DNA of 25,552 nucleotides from an archaeon (GTDB taxonomy: Archaea; SpSt-1190; DYHY01): contig JAZDJS010000001.1 of assembly GCA_043803745.1 (NCBI GenBank), positions 1 to 25,552 on the forward strand, in the 5' to 3' direction. The position numbers and the translations under genes are program-made. Of the stretch, positions 17,023-25,357 are shown in pieces; position 1 is the first letter of the stretch; each line of letters begins with the position of its first letter. The notes beneath the pieces were generated by a model. The model searched no databases and was not told where the DNA came from. It worked only from the letters and a program-made list of their open reading frames with translations.

Positions 17023-17256
17023 ATGAAGCTAACTACGATACAGGTGGATTCCTTGGTCCGGACGAAGCTTGAGCGCCTGAAAAACCACCCGCGGGAAACC
17101 CTTAACGACGTCGTCTCCCGACTCATCGGCGGGCAGGAGGACGGATCGCCCTCACGGAAGGAGCTTGACGAGATAGAAATCGGGCTCGCCCAGATAAGGC
17201 GGGGGCAAACTGTCCCGATTGAAAAGGCAGCGCACGAACTTGGCATCAAGCTCTGA
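17023..17256 (+). CDS. Putative antitoxin (N-terminal RHH-like DNA-binding domain)
   Basis: TTIQV....KLE.LK.HPRET.NDV..RL, acidic C-terminus; upstream of and overlapping the RelE-like gene; TTTTATAA upstream. Confidence 0.8.
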   Translation: MKLTTIQVDSLVRTKLERLKNHPRETLNDVVSRLIGGQEDGSPSRKELDEIEIGLAQIRRGQTVPIEKAAHELGIKL

Positions 17257-17518
17257 GCCAAGCGCCGGAAAATATGCAGTCGAACTGACTCGCGCGTCAG
17301 TGGATTTTCTCGCCAAACTCGACAAGGCCGATTCGGCAGCAATTCTAAAGAAGCTCAATTCAATACGGGAAAACCCTTTTCGTTTTGTCGTCCGTCTTTT
17401 CGGCAGCCGGCTCTACAGGCTGCGAATACAGGATTATCGGGCAATAGTTGACATAGTTATTGTCGCAAGACGCATACTGGTTGTGCGGATAGGCAAGCGC
17501 GAGAACGTCTATGATTGA
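17240..17518 (+). CDS. relE: RelE/ParE-family toxin
   Basis: Y.V.LT..S..FL.KLD....I.KKL.....NP....L.G..LYRLRIQDYRAI..I......V..IGKR.NVY. TTG 17240 is the likely start. Confidence 0.9.
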   Translation: MASSSEPSAGKYAVELTRASVDFLAKLDKADSAAILKKLNSIRENPFRFVVRLFGSRLYRLRIQDYRAIVDIVIVARRILVVRIGKRENVYD

Positions 17519-17522
17519 AAAT

Positions 17523-18086
17523 TCACCTTAGCTCGTTATCCAGAAAATTCTTGAACTTGTCAAGGACAATCTTCCTATGGCTCACCTTGTTCTTCTCGAC
17601 CTGGCCCATCTGCGCGAAGCTTTCCTCGGAGCCGTCCGGAACGAAAATCGAGTCCCAGCCGAAATTCGACTCTCCCCTCGGACGGACAATCTTCCCCCGG
17701 ATGCCGCCCTGGAAAACGACAACAAGGTCCTTTCCGTCCGAATACCCTAAGGTTCCCTTCACCTCGGCGGAAAAGTTCCCCAGCCGGTAGCAAAGTTCGG
17801 CAAGCCCCTCCCTGCCAATTGCGAGGAGGAAAAGCCTGACCATCGGTCCCGGCAAGCCGTTTAGGCAGGCAAGATGCAGCGAGGTGTCCTCGACGAAGAA
17901 GGCGCCCTCGACCTGGCTTTTGGCAGTCTCGACTTTCGCCCTGACAACCTCGGCAGACTCAAGCGACTGTATTTCGGGTAAGTCGATTTCCTTCTGCTCA
18001 ACGTTCCAGCCCGAAAGTATTGCCTGGGCCTCCTCAACCTTGTTCTTGCTCCCGGTAACGAAAATTATCCGCTTTTCCCGCGTCAT
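17523..18086 (-). CDS. rdgB: Non-canonical purine NTP pyrophosphatase (ITPase/HAM1)
   Basis: FVTGS.NK..E, LPEIQ, VEDTSL...LNGLPGP, FGWDSIF.P, KN.VSHR. Confidence 0.95.
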   Translation of the reverse strand: MTREKRIIFVTGSKNKVEEAQAILSGWNVEQKEIDLPEIQSLESAEVVRAKVETAKSQVEGAFFVEDTSLHLACLNGLPGPMVRLFLLAIGREGLAELCYRLGNFSAEVKGTLGYSDGKDLVVVFQGGIRGKIVRPRGESNFGWDSIFVPDGSEESFAQMGQVEKNKVSHRKIVLDKFKNFLDNELR

Positions 18087-18116
18087 AATTCACCCAGCCC
18101 GCTCCACATTAAATTG

Positions 18117-18590
18117 TTATTCCCCTTTCCGCCGCTTATTAATCAGGTCGCCGAACGTCATTCCCGCCGGAGCAGCCATCCGTTCGCTTTTCTCTGGAGA
18201 GCTCACCTTAGTTTCTTCCCCATTAGACCCCCCAATAAGGCGCACCCCGAGGACCTTTTCCAATTTCTTCGCGGTCGGGATTGATGGGATGAACTCCCCC
18301 TGCTCTATCTTCGCGACAACGGATTCCCGCTCAAGAGATTTTGCGGCAAGCTCCTTCTGCGTCAGCCCTGCTCGCTCCCTACCCTTCCTGATTATTTCCG
18401 CATAGTTGGGCGCGACTTCTGGTTCCCCGTCACCGACAGCGGGAGCCGCCCCTCTCTGTCGCTTGAGGAAAACGTCCCTGACGGGCGCCCCAAATTTCCC
18501 GCACTGCTCGCAAACCGAGAGGATCGCGCCCTCGACCGAATGCCTTCCCCGGGCGGGGCGGGAGCCGCAAATCTCGCAAAGAATGACCAT
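18117..18590 (-). CDS. mbf1: Archaeal multiprotein bridging factor 1 (Zn ribbon plus HTH)
   Basis: CEICG...VEGA.L.VC..C..FG, NYAE.IR..RE..GLTQ.ELA, IE.G...P......KLE..L, T.GD. Confidence 0.93.
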   Translation of the reverse strand: MVILCEICGSRPARGRHSVEGAILSVCEQCGKFGAPVRDVFLKRQRGAAPAVGDGEPEVAPNYAEIIRKGRERAGLTQKELAAKSLERESVVAKIEQGEFIPSIPTAKKLEKVLGVRLIGGSNGEETKVSSPEKSERMAAPAGMTFGDLINKRRKGE

Positions 18591-18739
18591 TCTCAAACAG
18601 GCCGCTTTCTTCAGATTAAAAGTTTTCCGAGACCTTCAAAAAACCCGTTTCAAAACTTTTTTAAAGGATGGATTCAGCCCCCTCGGACCCAATAAACTAC
18701 CTCCCCCCTTGGGGACGTAGAAGGGAGAGCGCATAAAGA

Positions 18740-19381
18740 ATGGTAGAAAAGAAGACAATACTGGAAGCCCTGAAGATTGTCAGGGAGAACGCGGGAAAGC
18801 GGAACTTCAAGCAGTCCGTTGACTTTACAATGAATCTCATCAACGTTGACATGAAAACCCTGAAGGTCGCGGACTCGGTCGAGCTTCCCCACGGGCGGGG
18901 AAAGGATGTCGATGTTGCGGTCCTCGCGGACGGCGACCCATCCCTTCAGGCGAAGAAGTCGGGAGCCCACACCGTCGTCACCAAGAAGGAGATTTCCCAA
19001 TATGACACGAAGAAGGTCAGGAAGCTTGCCGAGCAGTGCGAGTGGTTCATTGTCCAGGCGCCCCTGATGCAGCCCTTTGCGTCAACGTTCGGTATAATAC
19101 TCGGTCCGAGGGGGCAGATGCCCTTTCCGAAAGATGTCATTGGTCCGGTTTCCGATCCAACCCAGGTAATAACCAGGCTGAAGAGGAGCGTCCGCGTCCG
19201 CGTGAAGGACAGGCCGGTTGTCCACGCATTCGTAGGGACTGAAAGCATGTCCGACGAGGAGCTTGCCGACAACATTCAGGCGGTCTACAAGGCGGTCCTT
19301 TCGAAGCTCGACAAGGGGATACACAGCATCGGGAAGATGTATCTGAAAACGACAATGGGAAAACCCACCCAACTCAAATAG
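18740..19381 (+). CDS. rpl1: 50S ribosomal protein uL1
   Basis: KRNFKQSVD...NL, LPHGRGK, FI.QAPLM, LGPRG.MP, VGTE.M...LADNI, KTTMG. Confidence 0.96.
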   Translation: MVEKKTILEALKIVRENAGKRNFKQSVDFTMNLINVDMKTLKVADSVELPHGRGKDVDVAVLADGDPSLQAKKSGAHTVVTKKEISQYDTKKVRKLAEQCEWFIVQAPLMQPFASTFGIILGPRGQMPFPKDVIGPVSDPTQVITRLKRSVRVRVKDRPVVHAFVGTESMSDEELADNIQAVYKAVLSKLDKGIHSIGKMYLKTTMGKPTQLK

Positions 19382-19403
19382 GAAAAAAGGAGTGAATGAA
19401 ATA

Positions 19404-20273
19404 ATGGTTGTAAAAGGCATAAGAAAAAGCAAAAGCGAACTCAAGGGAAAGGGCGCACGCGTTTCCGAGAACAAGAAGAAGAAGATTGCGCAGTCAGAAG
19501 AGCTTGCGGCAAAGCTCGGCACTGCCAAGTCAATCCTTGTCGTCGAGCTGAAGAACACTCCGGGCGCGCACATTTCCCACCTTCGGAAGATTTTCGGGGA
19601 GGGAACCGAAATAGTCGTCAGGAAGAAGGCCGTAATTGAAAAGGCGATTGAGGCTGCCGCGGGGAAAAATCCGAGCTTCTCGAAGATTCTGCCATTTGTC
19701 CAGCAGGCCCAGCCTGCGCTGATACTTTCAACGGAATCCCCGTTCAAGCTTAGGGGTGCCGCGAACAGGGAGCGCAGGCCAGCTAGAGCGAAGATAGGTC
19801 AGGTTTCCGACAGGGAGATTATAGTCCTTGAAGGAGATACCGGGCTTCCGCCAGGACCGGCAATAGGCGACCTCCAAAAGGCGGACCTTCCCGCGAAAAT
19901 CCAGAAGGGCAAGATAATAATTGAGAAGAGCACCGTTGTCGCCAGACCGGGAGACGTCATCTCGAAGGAAATCGCCGACGCTCTCCTGAAGCTAGGAATC
20001 GAGCCGTTCGAAACCGACATCAACATCCTGGTTGCTCTCGAGGGAGGACTGGTCTATGGGCGCGAGACGCTTGGAATAGACGAGGCATATGTCCTCAACC
20101 AGATCATACAGGCGCACTCATGGGCATTCAACCTTGCGGTTGAGGCGGGCTATCCGACTGCGGATACAGTGGAACTGCTTGTGCAAAGAGCGGTTCTTGA
20201 AGCAGCAAGCCTTGCTTTCGAAACGAAGACTGTGCCCGGGGAGAATATTGGAGAGGTCCTGGCGAAGGCCTAG
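19404..20273 (+). CDS. rpl10: 50S ribosomal protein uL10 (archaeal P0), with a short C-terminus
   Basis: PFKL, AK.G....I....GDTGLPPGP.IGDLQK, KIQKGKI.I, L.KLGIEP, A...AFNLAV..GYPT. SD-like GGAGTGA upstream of ATG 19404. Confidence 0.93.
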   Translation: MVVKGIRKSKSELKGKGARVSENKKKKIAQSEELAAKLGTAKSILVVELKNTPGAHISHLRKIFGEGTEIVVRKKAVIEKAIEAAAGKNPSFSKILPFVQQAQPALILSTESPFKLRGAANRERRPARAKIGQVSDREIIVLEGDTGLPPGPAIGDLQKADLPAKIQKGKIIIEKSTVVARPGDVISKEIADALLKLGIEPFETDINILVALEGGLVYGRETLGIDEAYVLNQIIQAHSWAFNLAVEAGYPTADTVELLVQRAVLEAASLAFETKTVPGENIGEVLAKA

Positions 20274-20318
20274 CGACCCGGAAATATGAATAAAACAAAG
20301 TGAGGGAAGAAAGAAAAA

Positions 20319-20627
20319 ATGGAATACATATATGCGGCAATGCTCCTGCACAAGGCGGGAAAGACTGTTGACGGGGACGGAATAAAGAAGGTTCTCTCAT
20401 CGGCCGGAATTTCAGCTGACGAGGGGAAGATCAAGGCTCTTGTTTCAGCCCTTGAGAACGTCAAGATTGAGGATGCGATAAAGAAGGCGGCAGCAATGCC
20501 AACTGCATCCGCAGCACCGGCAGCCGGGGCAGGGGACCAGCAGAAGAAGGACGACAAGAAGGAAGAAGCAGACAAGGCAGCGCAGGACGAAGCAGCATCG
20601 GCAGGTCTTGCTGCGTTGTTTGGATAA
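20319..20627 (+). CDS. rpl12: 50S ribosomal protein P1 (L12p)
   Basis: MEYIYAAMLLH, KALVSALE.V.I, Ala-rich hinge, C-terminal GLAALFG. Confidence 0.97.
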   Translation: MEYIYAAMLLHKAGKTVDGDGIKKVLSSAGISADEGKIKALVSALENVKIEDAIKKAAAMPTASAAPAAGAGDQQKKDDKKEEADKAAQDEAASAGLAALFG

Positions 20628-20728
20628 ATCACCAGTCCAGCAAGCGGCTGGGCGACACGTTCCGGCTGAAAGCCAACTGTCGGGGTTCGTCCAGCGCCAT
20701 GAGTTGGAACTCTTTGGATGAGCGGCTT

Positions 20729-20762
20729 CCGGGGGCAAAAGCCCCCGGTTTTCTTTCATTTT
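20729..20762 (+). terminator. GC hairpin plus U-rich tail (putative terminator of the rpl operon)
   Basis: CCGGGGGC-AAAA-GCCCCCGG followed by TTTTCTTTCATTTT. Confidence 0.65.
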
Positions 20763-20864
20763 CCCGAGCTGAAAAAAATTTGAAATATCTTTCAGGATGC
20801 CGACAAAATACCCAAATTATATAAACACCAAGTAAGTAACTACTTTGGGGGGAATACTGGAAGT

Positions 20865-22469
20865 TTGACAAACTCTTGGTTAGCCGTGTCTTCGCCAAAT
20901 GGCGCCAGCGTTGCAAGGGGCGCCGGGATTTACATTCACGCGTACGAAAGGGACGGAACGCTCAGGCACACCCTCCAGATTGACAGCGGCCTTGCCCAGG
21001 AAAGCTCTCTTTTCGAGCCGGACCCCTTCACTTCTTACGGCTTGCCGGTCTATCAGCCCCCTGTAATAGGCTCCTTTTTCGCAACGCATTCCCACTTCGA
21101 CCATATCGGGAACACCTTGGGGGTTCTCCATAATTTTGCCAGGAACGGGCACGAACCATTTTTCCTGAGTCCCGAGGCTTACGCAGTTCTTCCGATTCTC
21201 CTTGCTGACGGACTTTCAGTTTCCCTCGGCGACAAGCAAATCGGGGACCGGGATTTCGACAAGGAAATGGCTTTCCTCAGGACCGCTTTTCCCGGTTTCG
21301 ATGCTGACGAAGGGATTGTCTGTCCCGGAGCCAAGAAGAAGGGGCCTGTCAATTTTGTCATTCTGAACAATGGGGAATCCGCACCGTTCGGCCCAGCGGG
21401 AGAATTCACAGTAACCGCTTATCGCGCAAACGGCAGGGAACATCTTCCGGGAACGAACTATTACGTCTTTGATTTCGGCGGAACCAAGATAGCAACCCTT
21501 CTCGATGTCGGGCTTGAGCTTACGTACGACCCGCAGACTGATCTGGCTGCCCAGCCCTGGCTGAGGCAAATAGCCGGCTGCAACGGGTTGATTATGGAGG
21601 GAACAACAGCTGACCGCGTCGAAAACCTTGGCCCGCGGGAAGAAAGGGAGCGCGCCCTTTCAGCTGACTTGCTTGAAACGCTGAAGACCTACGACCTTGT
21701 TGTCTATCCTGCTTTCGCCCAGGACAGGTCCGGAGATCTGCTGAAGCAAATAAAACAAACCCTTGAGGACGCCGGGCTCGGGCGGGACAAGGTCGAGATT
21801 ATTTTCGCAGCACCCCTTGCCAAGGAGTTGATGCAGACCTTCAACAGCCCGTATGGGGATTGCCTGTCCCTTCTTGAGGGAACGATACAAGACCCGGCTT
21901 GGAATTTTTCTAACAACCGCAAAGAAGGGAAGAAATACGTTGTAATCGCAACCGCAGGCTTCGGAGACTATCCAACCCCCTCATATTTCCAGCTTGAGGA
22001 AGCCCTTGCCCTTGAAGAAGGAGCAATAAGGCTTACTTCAACTTTCGCTCCCGAACACTCGGAAGTTGACAGAATCCGGAAGATTCCCGACCTTCCAGAG
22101 GGGAAGGTGCGCACAACCTCCCTAACAGGGCACCCCCCTTCAGGGAGAGATTACGACTATCTAGCGCAACTCGCAGCCCCGAAACCGGGCGGCGCATATG
22201 AGCTGGTCCACGGGGACTTCCTTGCGCTCTGGGCAATGCAGCGGAACCTCATCGAGCGGGCAGGTCCGCACAAGCTGCTGAAGCCGGCATATTACAAGGA
22301 AGGCAGGGGCATAGTTGTTCCTGCCGCCAAGGGAACTGGGGACCGCGCAATCTGCCTTGCCGACCCCTACACAAGCCTAATAATAGGCCCGGACGGATAT
22401 GTTGGGCGGGTCCTTAGGGACCGGGAAGTTCTTTCAGTTAGGAATCTGGCAAGGCGGCATCCAGGATGA
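20865..22469 (+). CDS. Divergent MBL-fold beta-CASP nuclease (no KH domains)
   Basis: IDSG, THSHFDH, HLPG, LLDVG, IMEGT, YPAFAQDR, IATAG, SLTGH, LVHGD, in the expected beta-CASP order. Confidence 0.85.
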   Translation: MTNSWLAVSSPNGASVARGAGIYIHAYERDGTLRHTLQIDSGLAQESSLFEPDPFTSYGLPVYQPPVIGSFFATHSHFDHIGNTLGVLHNFARNGHEPFFLSPEAYAVLPILLADGLSVSLGDKQIGDRDFDKEMAFLRTAFPGFDADEGIVCPGAKKKGPVNFVILNNGESAPFGPAGEFTVTAYRANGREHLPGTNYYVFDFGGTKIATLLDVGLELTYDPQTDLAAQPWLRQIAGCNGLIMEGTTADRVENLGPREERERALSADLLETLKTYDLVVYPAFAQDRSGDLLKQIKQTLEDAGLGRDKVEIIFAAPLAKELMQTFNSPYGDCLSLLEGTIQDPAWNFSNNRKEGKKYVVIATAGFGDYPTPSYFQLEEALALEEGAIRLTSTFAPEHSEVDRIRKIPDLPEGKVRTTSLTGHPPSGRDYDYLAQLAAPKPGGAYELVHGDFLALWAMQRNLIERAGPHKLLKPAYYKEGRGIVVPAAKGTGDRAICLADPYTSLIIGPDGYVGRVLRDREVLSVRNLARRHPG

Positions 22470-23674
22470 GCTCGCCCATTTCTCTTTCATTTCCAAGCCC
22501 GTCAATCAGGCTGGGCGTTTCGACAGTTCTCAGGACGCCAACGGGAGCCGTTGCCGTTGATGCGGGTCATTTTTTCGACGGCGATTTCTCCGGCGTTGAC
22601 GCAGTCATACTGACTCATGCCCACTGGGACCATGGGGCGCATCTTGCAAAAATCTTGGATGAAAGGAGAATCCCGATTTATTGCACCCCTGAAACGAGAA
22701 ACCTTCTGAGAGAAAATCCCGAAGTTTACCGGGGACGCCCCGATGAGAACGGGCACATGCTGCTCGTTGCAAAAGCGGCAATTGAGGTTGACTATCTCAG
22801 CCCGTTCGAAATCGGCAACGGAATAACTGCAACGCTCCTTCCAGCGGGCCATTTGCCCGGCTCAGCCCAAGCCTTTTTGGAATATGACGGAATGTCCGGG
22901 ATTTTCTCCGGCGACATCAACACGCAATATTTTGGGGATTTCCGAGGACGCCCGTTTGCGGGGGAAGCGCTGCATCCGAACAACGGAGAACGCAAGGTTG
23001 ATTTTGCGGTTACCGAGTGCACGCATGCTGAAAAGGACGGGATTTCCAGCAAAGCCGCCTACGAGCAATTAAGAGCCGCAATGATTGACGTCGCCGAAAA
23101 AGGCGGGCGGGCAGTAATAGCTGCGCCAAACTTCATGCGCGGGTCCCAAGCCGCATATCTTGCGAGGCAGATTCTTGACGAGGACGAAGCAGCCTTCCGA
23201 GGATATTCCTTGATTTATCCCCGTAGCAAGGGTCTTGCTTTCCTGAGGAAGTATTATCCGGAAACATATGCCGACCTTTCCGCGAAAGGACTTGAAACTG
23301 AAACAGGGAAGAAAAAGAACCTCCCGAGCGCCTGTTTTATTGTTTGCGAGGATTATTACAAGTTTGCAGGAGTCCGGAGAAATCCCTTTGCACTCATAAA
23401 CACCCGGTCCGCAGCCTGTCCGCGGAATCTAGAAGCTCTGGAATCTTCAGGCTCGTTTTACGCTGCGCCAATCCCCATCCATTCAGGGGGCCCTGAGCTT
23501 GTCGAATATGTCCGTGACTGGATAGCGCCAGGGCAGGAAGGCGCGCAAATTTTCCTCAATCACGGGAGGAGGAAACAGTTCGAGGCAATGAGGGGCCGCC
23601 TAATTGGCGAAGGATATGCCCCGGCCGCAATACACATCCCCCAAATACAGGAAACATTTGTTTTAAGGGAATAG
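22466..23674 (+). CDS. Second divergent MBL-fold beta-CASP nuclease, translationally coupled (ATGA overlap)
   Basis: VDAG, ILTHAHWDH, PIYCTPET, AGHLPGSA, FSGDI, VTECT, GGR..I, PIHS, FLNHG. Confidence 0.85.
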   Translation: MSSPISLSFPSPSIRLGVSTVLRTPTGAVAVDAGHFFDGDFSGVDAVILTHAHWDHGAHLAKILDERRIPIYCTPETRNLLRENPEVYRGRPDENGHMLLVAKAAIEVDYLSPFEIGNGITATLLPAGHLPGSAQAFLEYDGMSGIFSGDINTQYFGDFRGRPFAGEALHPNNGERKVDFAVTECTHAEKDGISSKAAYEQLRAAMIDVAEKGGRAVIAAPNFMRGSQAAYLARQILDEDEAAFRGYSLIYPRSKGLAFLRKYYPETYADLSAKGLETETGKKKNLPSACFIVCEDYYKFAGVRRNPFALINTRSAACPRNLEALESSGSFYAAPIPIHSGGPELVEYVRDWIAPGQEGAQIFLNHGRRKQFEAMRGRLIGEGYAPAAIHIPQIQETFVLRE

Positions 23675-23737
23675 TGCCCAAAATAGCACTCCAAAGTGGC
23701 TAAAATTTATAAAGCAAGAAGCGCTAAGAACTCAAAT

Positions 23738-24334
23738 ATGCCCAAACCAGCAATACCTGCAAAGGAATATACTTTCGACATCGGAGTTTTGCCAAATGAA
23801 CCGACCGGAAGGACCTCCCTTCTGGAAGCGCTCCCAGCGGACCTGCAAACACCCGGCACATACCCGATAAATATTGCTAGCCGGGGGCGAGCTCTTGGAA
23901 CCGCCACGATAAAAGTCGGACCTGAAGGTCATGCAGAAGTTTCGCTTGAAATGGAATTTGAAGAGAGGCAGGCAGATTTGGCGGCTGCTTTCGCGAAAGT
24001 GGCATATTCTGCGCATTCCAGCCTCGCTTACCTCCTTACTTCAAGCGGAGGCTGCTTGAAATTCGACGGAATTGGCAGCAGGAACTTGGGGCCGCCTTTG
24101 CTGAAGAAAGGGTCATTTTCGTTTTCAGGCGGAGCATATCCCCTCAAGTCCGCGACTTTCGAAACCCGCGCATACCGGAACGGTTCCGGGAAGAAAGGCC
24201 CTTATGCGGAAGCCAAGCTTTCCCTTGAAATGGAACTTGGAGAGGTTTCCTCCGGGGACTGGCTTGCGAAAAATCTAGCGCCCGTCCTGAACGCAGTCGT
24301 CAGCCCTTACTGCAGAATTGTCCAGAGCGAATGA
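23738..24334 (+). CDS. Hypothetical protein (no recognisable family)
   Basis: Long ORF filling the gap. TTTATAAA at 23706-23713 favours ATG 23738 over GTG 23696. Confidence 0.7.
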   Translation: MPKPAIPAKEYTFDIGVLPNEPTGRTSLLEALPADLQTPGTYPINIASRGRALGTATIKVGPEGHAEVSLEMEFEERQADLAAAFAKVAYSAHSSLAYLLTSSGGCLKFDGIGSRNLGPPLLKKGSFSFSGGAYPLKSATFETRAYRNGSGKKGPYAEAKLSLEMELGEVSSGDWLAKNLAPVLNAVVSPYCRIVQSE

Positions 24335-24409
24335 TGTCCGCTCTGGGAACCCGCCCGGGGAAAACGCAGTTTTTTTTATAAACCCGGAGCTGAAGGCTTC
24401 CTCCGGGAG

Positions 24410-25357
24410 ATGGCAGAGAAATCAGAGCAGCTCGCAAAGGCAGCTAAGGGAGCACCCGCAGGGACTCCCACAGGGACTCCCGCAAGGTTCCCCAAGGAGT
24501 TGCCTAAGAGCGTACCTAGCTACCTACCAAGCGACCCCAGGGAGCTCTACAACCTCCTGATAACCGAGAAATACAAGCGGGACGAAGCCAATTCGAAGGT
24601 CCGCGAGGCAATCAGCACCCTGAAGCTCCTCCGCGATGAGCGGGACGGGATGAACAAGGAAATTGCCGGGCTAAAGGAGCAGAGGAATTCCAGCCGCGCC
24701 CGGGGGCGTGAGATGATTAAGCAGGCAAAGGTCCTCCGGGAAATGCTCAAGGGTTTCGAAGCGCCGAAGGGGTCCTCCACTTCCCTTGGCAAGCTGATAG
24801 AAGAACTGGATTTCAAGTACCAGACAAACCCGGTTCCGTTCGAGGAGGAAAAGCGCCTCGTCAAGAAAATCGAGGAGCTGAAGAAGCTCTGGAAAGCCCG
24901 CAAATTTGTCGAAAAGAAGCGCGCGAACATTTCCTCGATTTCAACCGAGGTCGACACATTCTTCTCCGAATCGGACGAGCTCCACAAGCAGGTCGTTGAA
25001 AAGGCGGAGAAATCCGAGGGAATCCACAAGCTTTTCATTGAGAAGATCCACGAGATAGACAAGCTCCGCGCCAAATCGAACGAGGCGCACCAGCTTGTCG
25101 TCAAGTATGCGCAAGCCCTCGGCGATGCCAGGGAAATTGCGTCCGAGGAGAGGATACAGCGGCGGGCGGAGGAGCTCCTTGAGCAGGAGAAGTTCCTGAA
25201 GGAGCGGGCTGAGCAAGTCTGGGAGAAGATAGAATCGAAGATTTCTGCGCAGTCGGGGAAAAAATCGTTCAACTTCAGGGATCTTCAGGTTCTTTCAGCA
25301 GTATCGGGAGAGGATTTCAGCCTTGAGAAGGCAACAAGAGCCAGGAAGAAAAATTAA
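24410..25357 (+). CDS. Archaeal coiled-coil protein (COG1340-like)
   Basis: Repeated RD..N..V/I units, IEEL.F..QT......EEK.LV.KI.EL, S.E.H..V, A...W.K......F.DL. Confidence 0.8.
   Translation: MAEKSEQLAKAAKGAPAGTPTGTPARFPKELPKSVPSYLPSDPRELYNLLITEKYKRDEANSKVREAISTLKLLRDERDGMNKEIAGLKEQRNSSRARGREMIKQAKVLREMLKGFEAPKGSSTSLGKLIEELDFKYQTNPVPFEEEKRLVKKIEELKKLWKARKFVEKKRANISSISTEVDTFFSESDELHKQVVEKAEKSEGIHKLFIEKIHEIDKLRAKSNEAHQLVVKYAQALGDAREIASEERIQRRAEELLEQEKFLKERAEQVWEKIESKISAQSGKKSFNFRDLQVLSAVSGEDFSLEKATRARKKN
24455..24538 (+). repeat. 12-bp-period degenerate tandem repeat encoding seven Pxxx units
   Basis: CCCGCAGGGACT CCCACAGGGACT CCCGCAAGGTTC ... encodes PAGT PTGT PARF PKEL PKSV PSYL PSDP. Confidence 0.7.

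Noticed and set aside
20271-20313. Possible amber readthrough of the rpl10 TAG
   Set aside because: The downstream codons do not restore the P0 tail, and TAG terminates other genes normally here (rpl1, dys, decarboxylase).
8829-20650. AAGCGGCTG in three intergenic regions (8829 +, 16756 -, 20642 +)
   Set aside because: Only 9-10 bp with no flanking similarity; cannot be told from chance without a genome-wide count.
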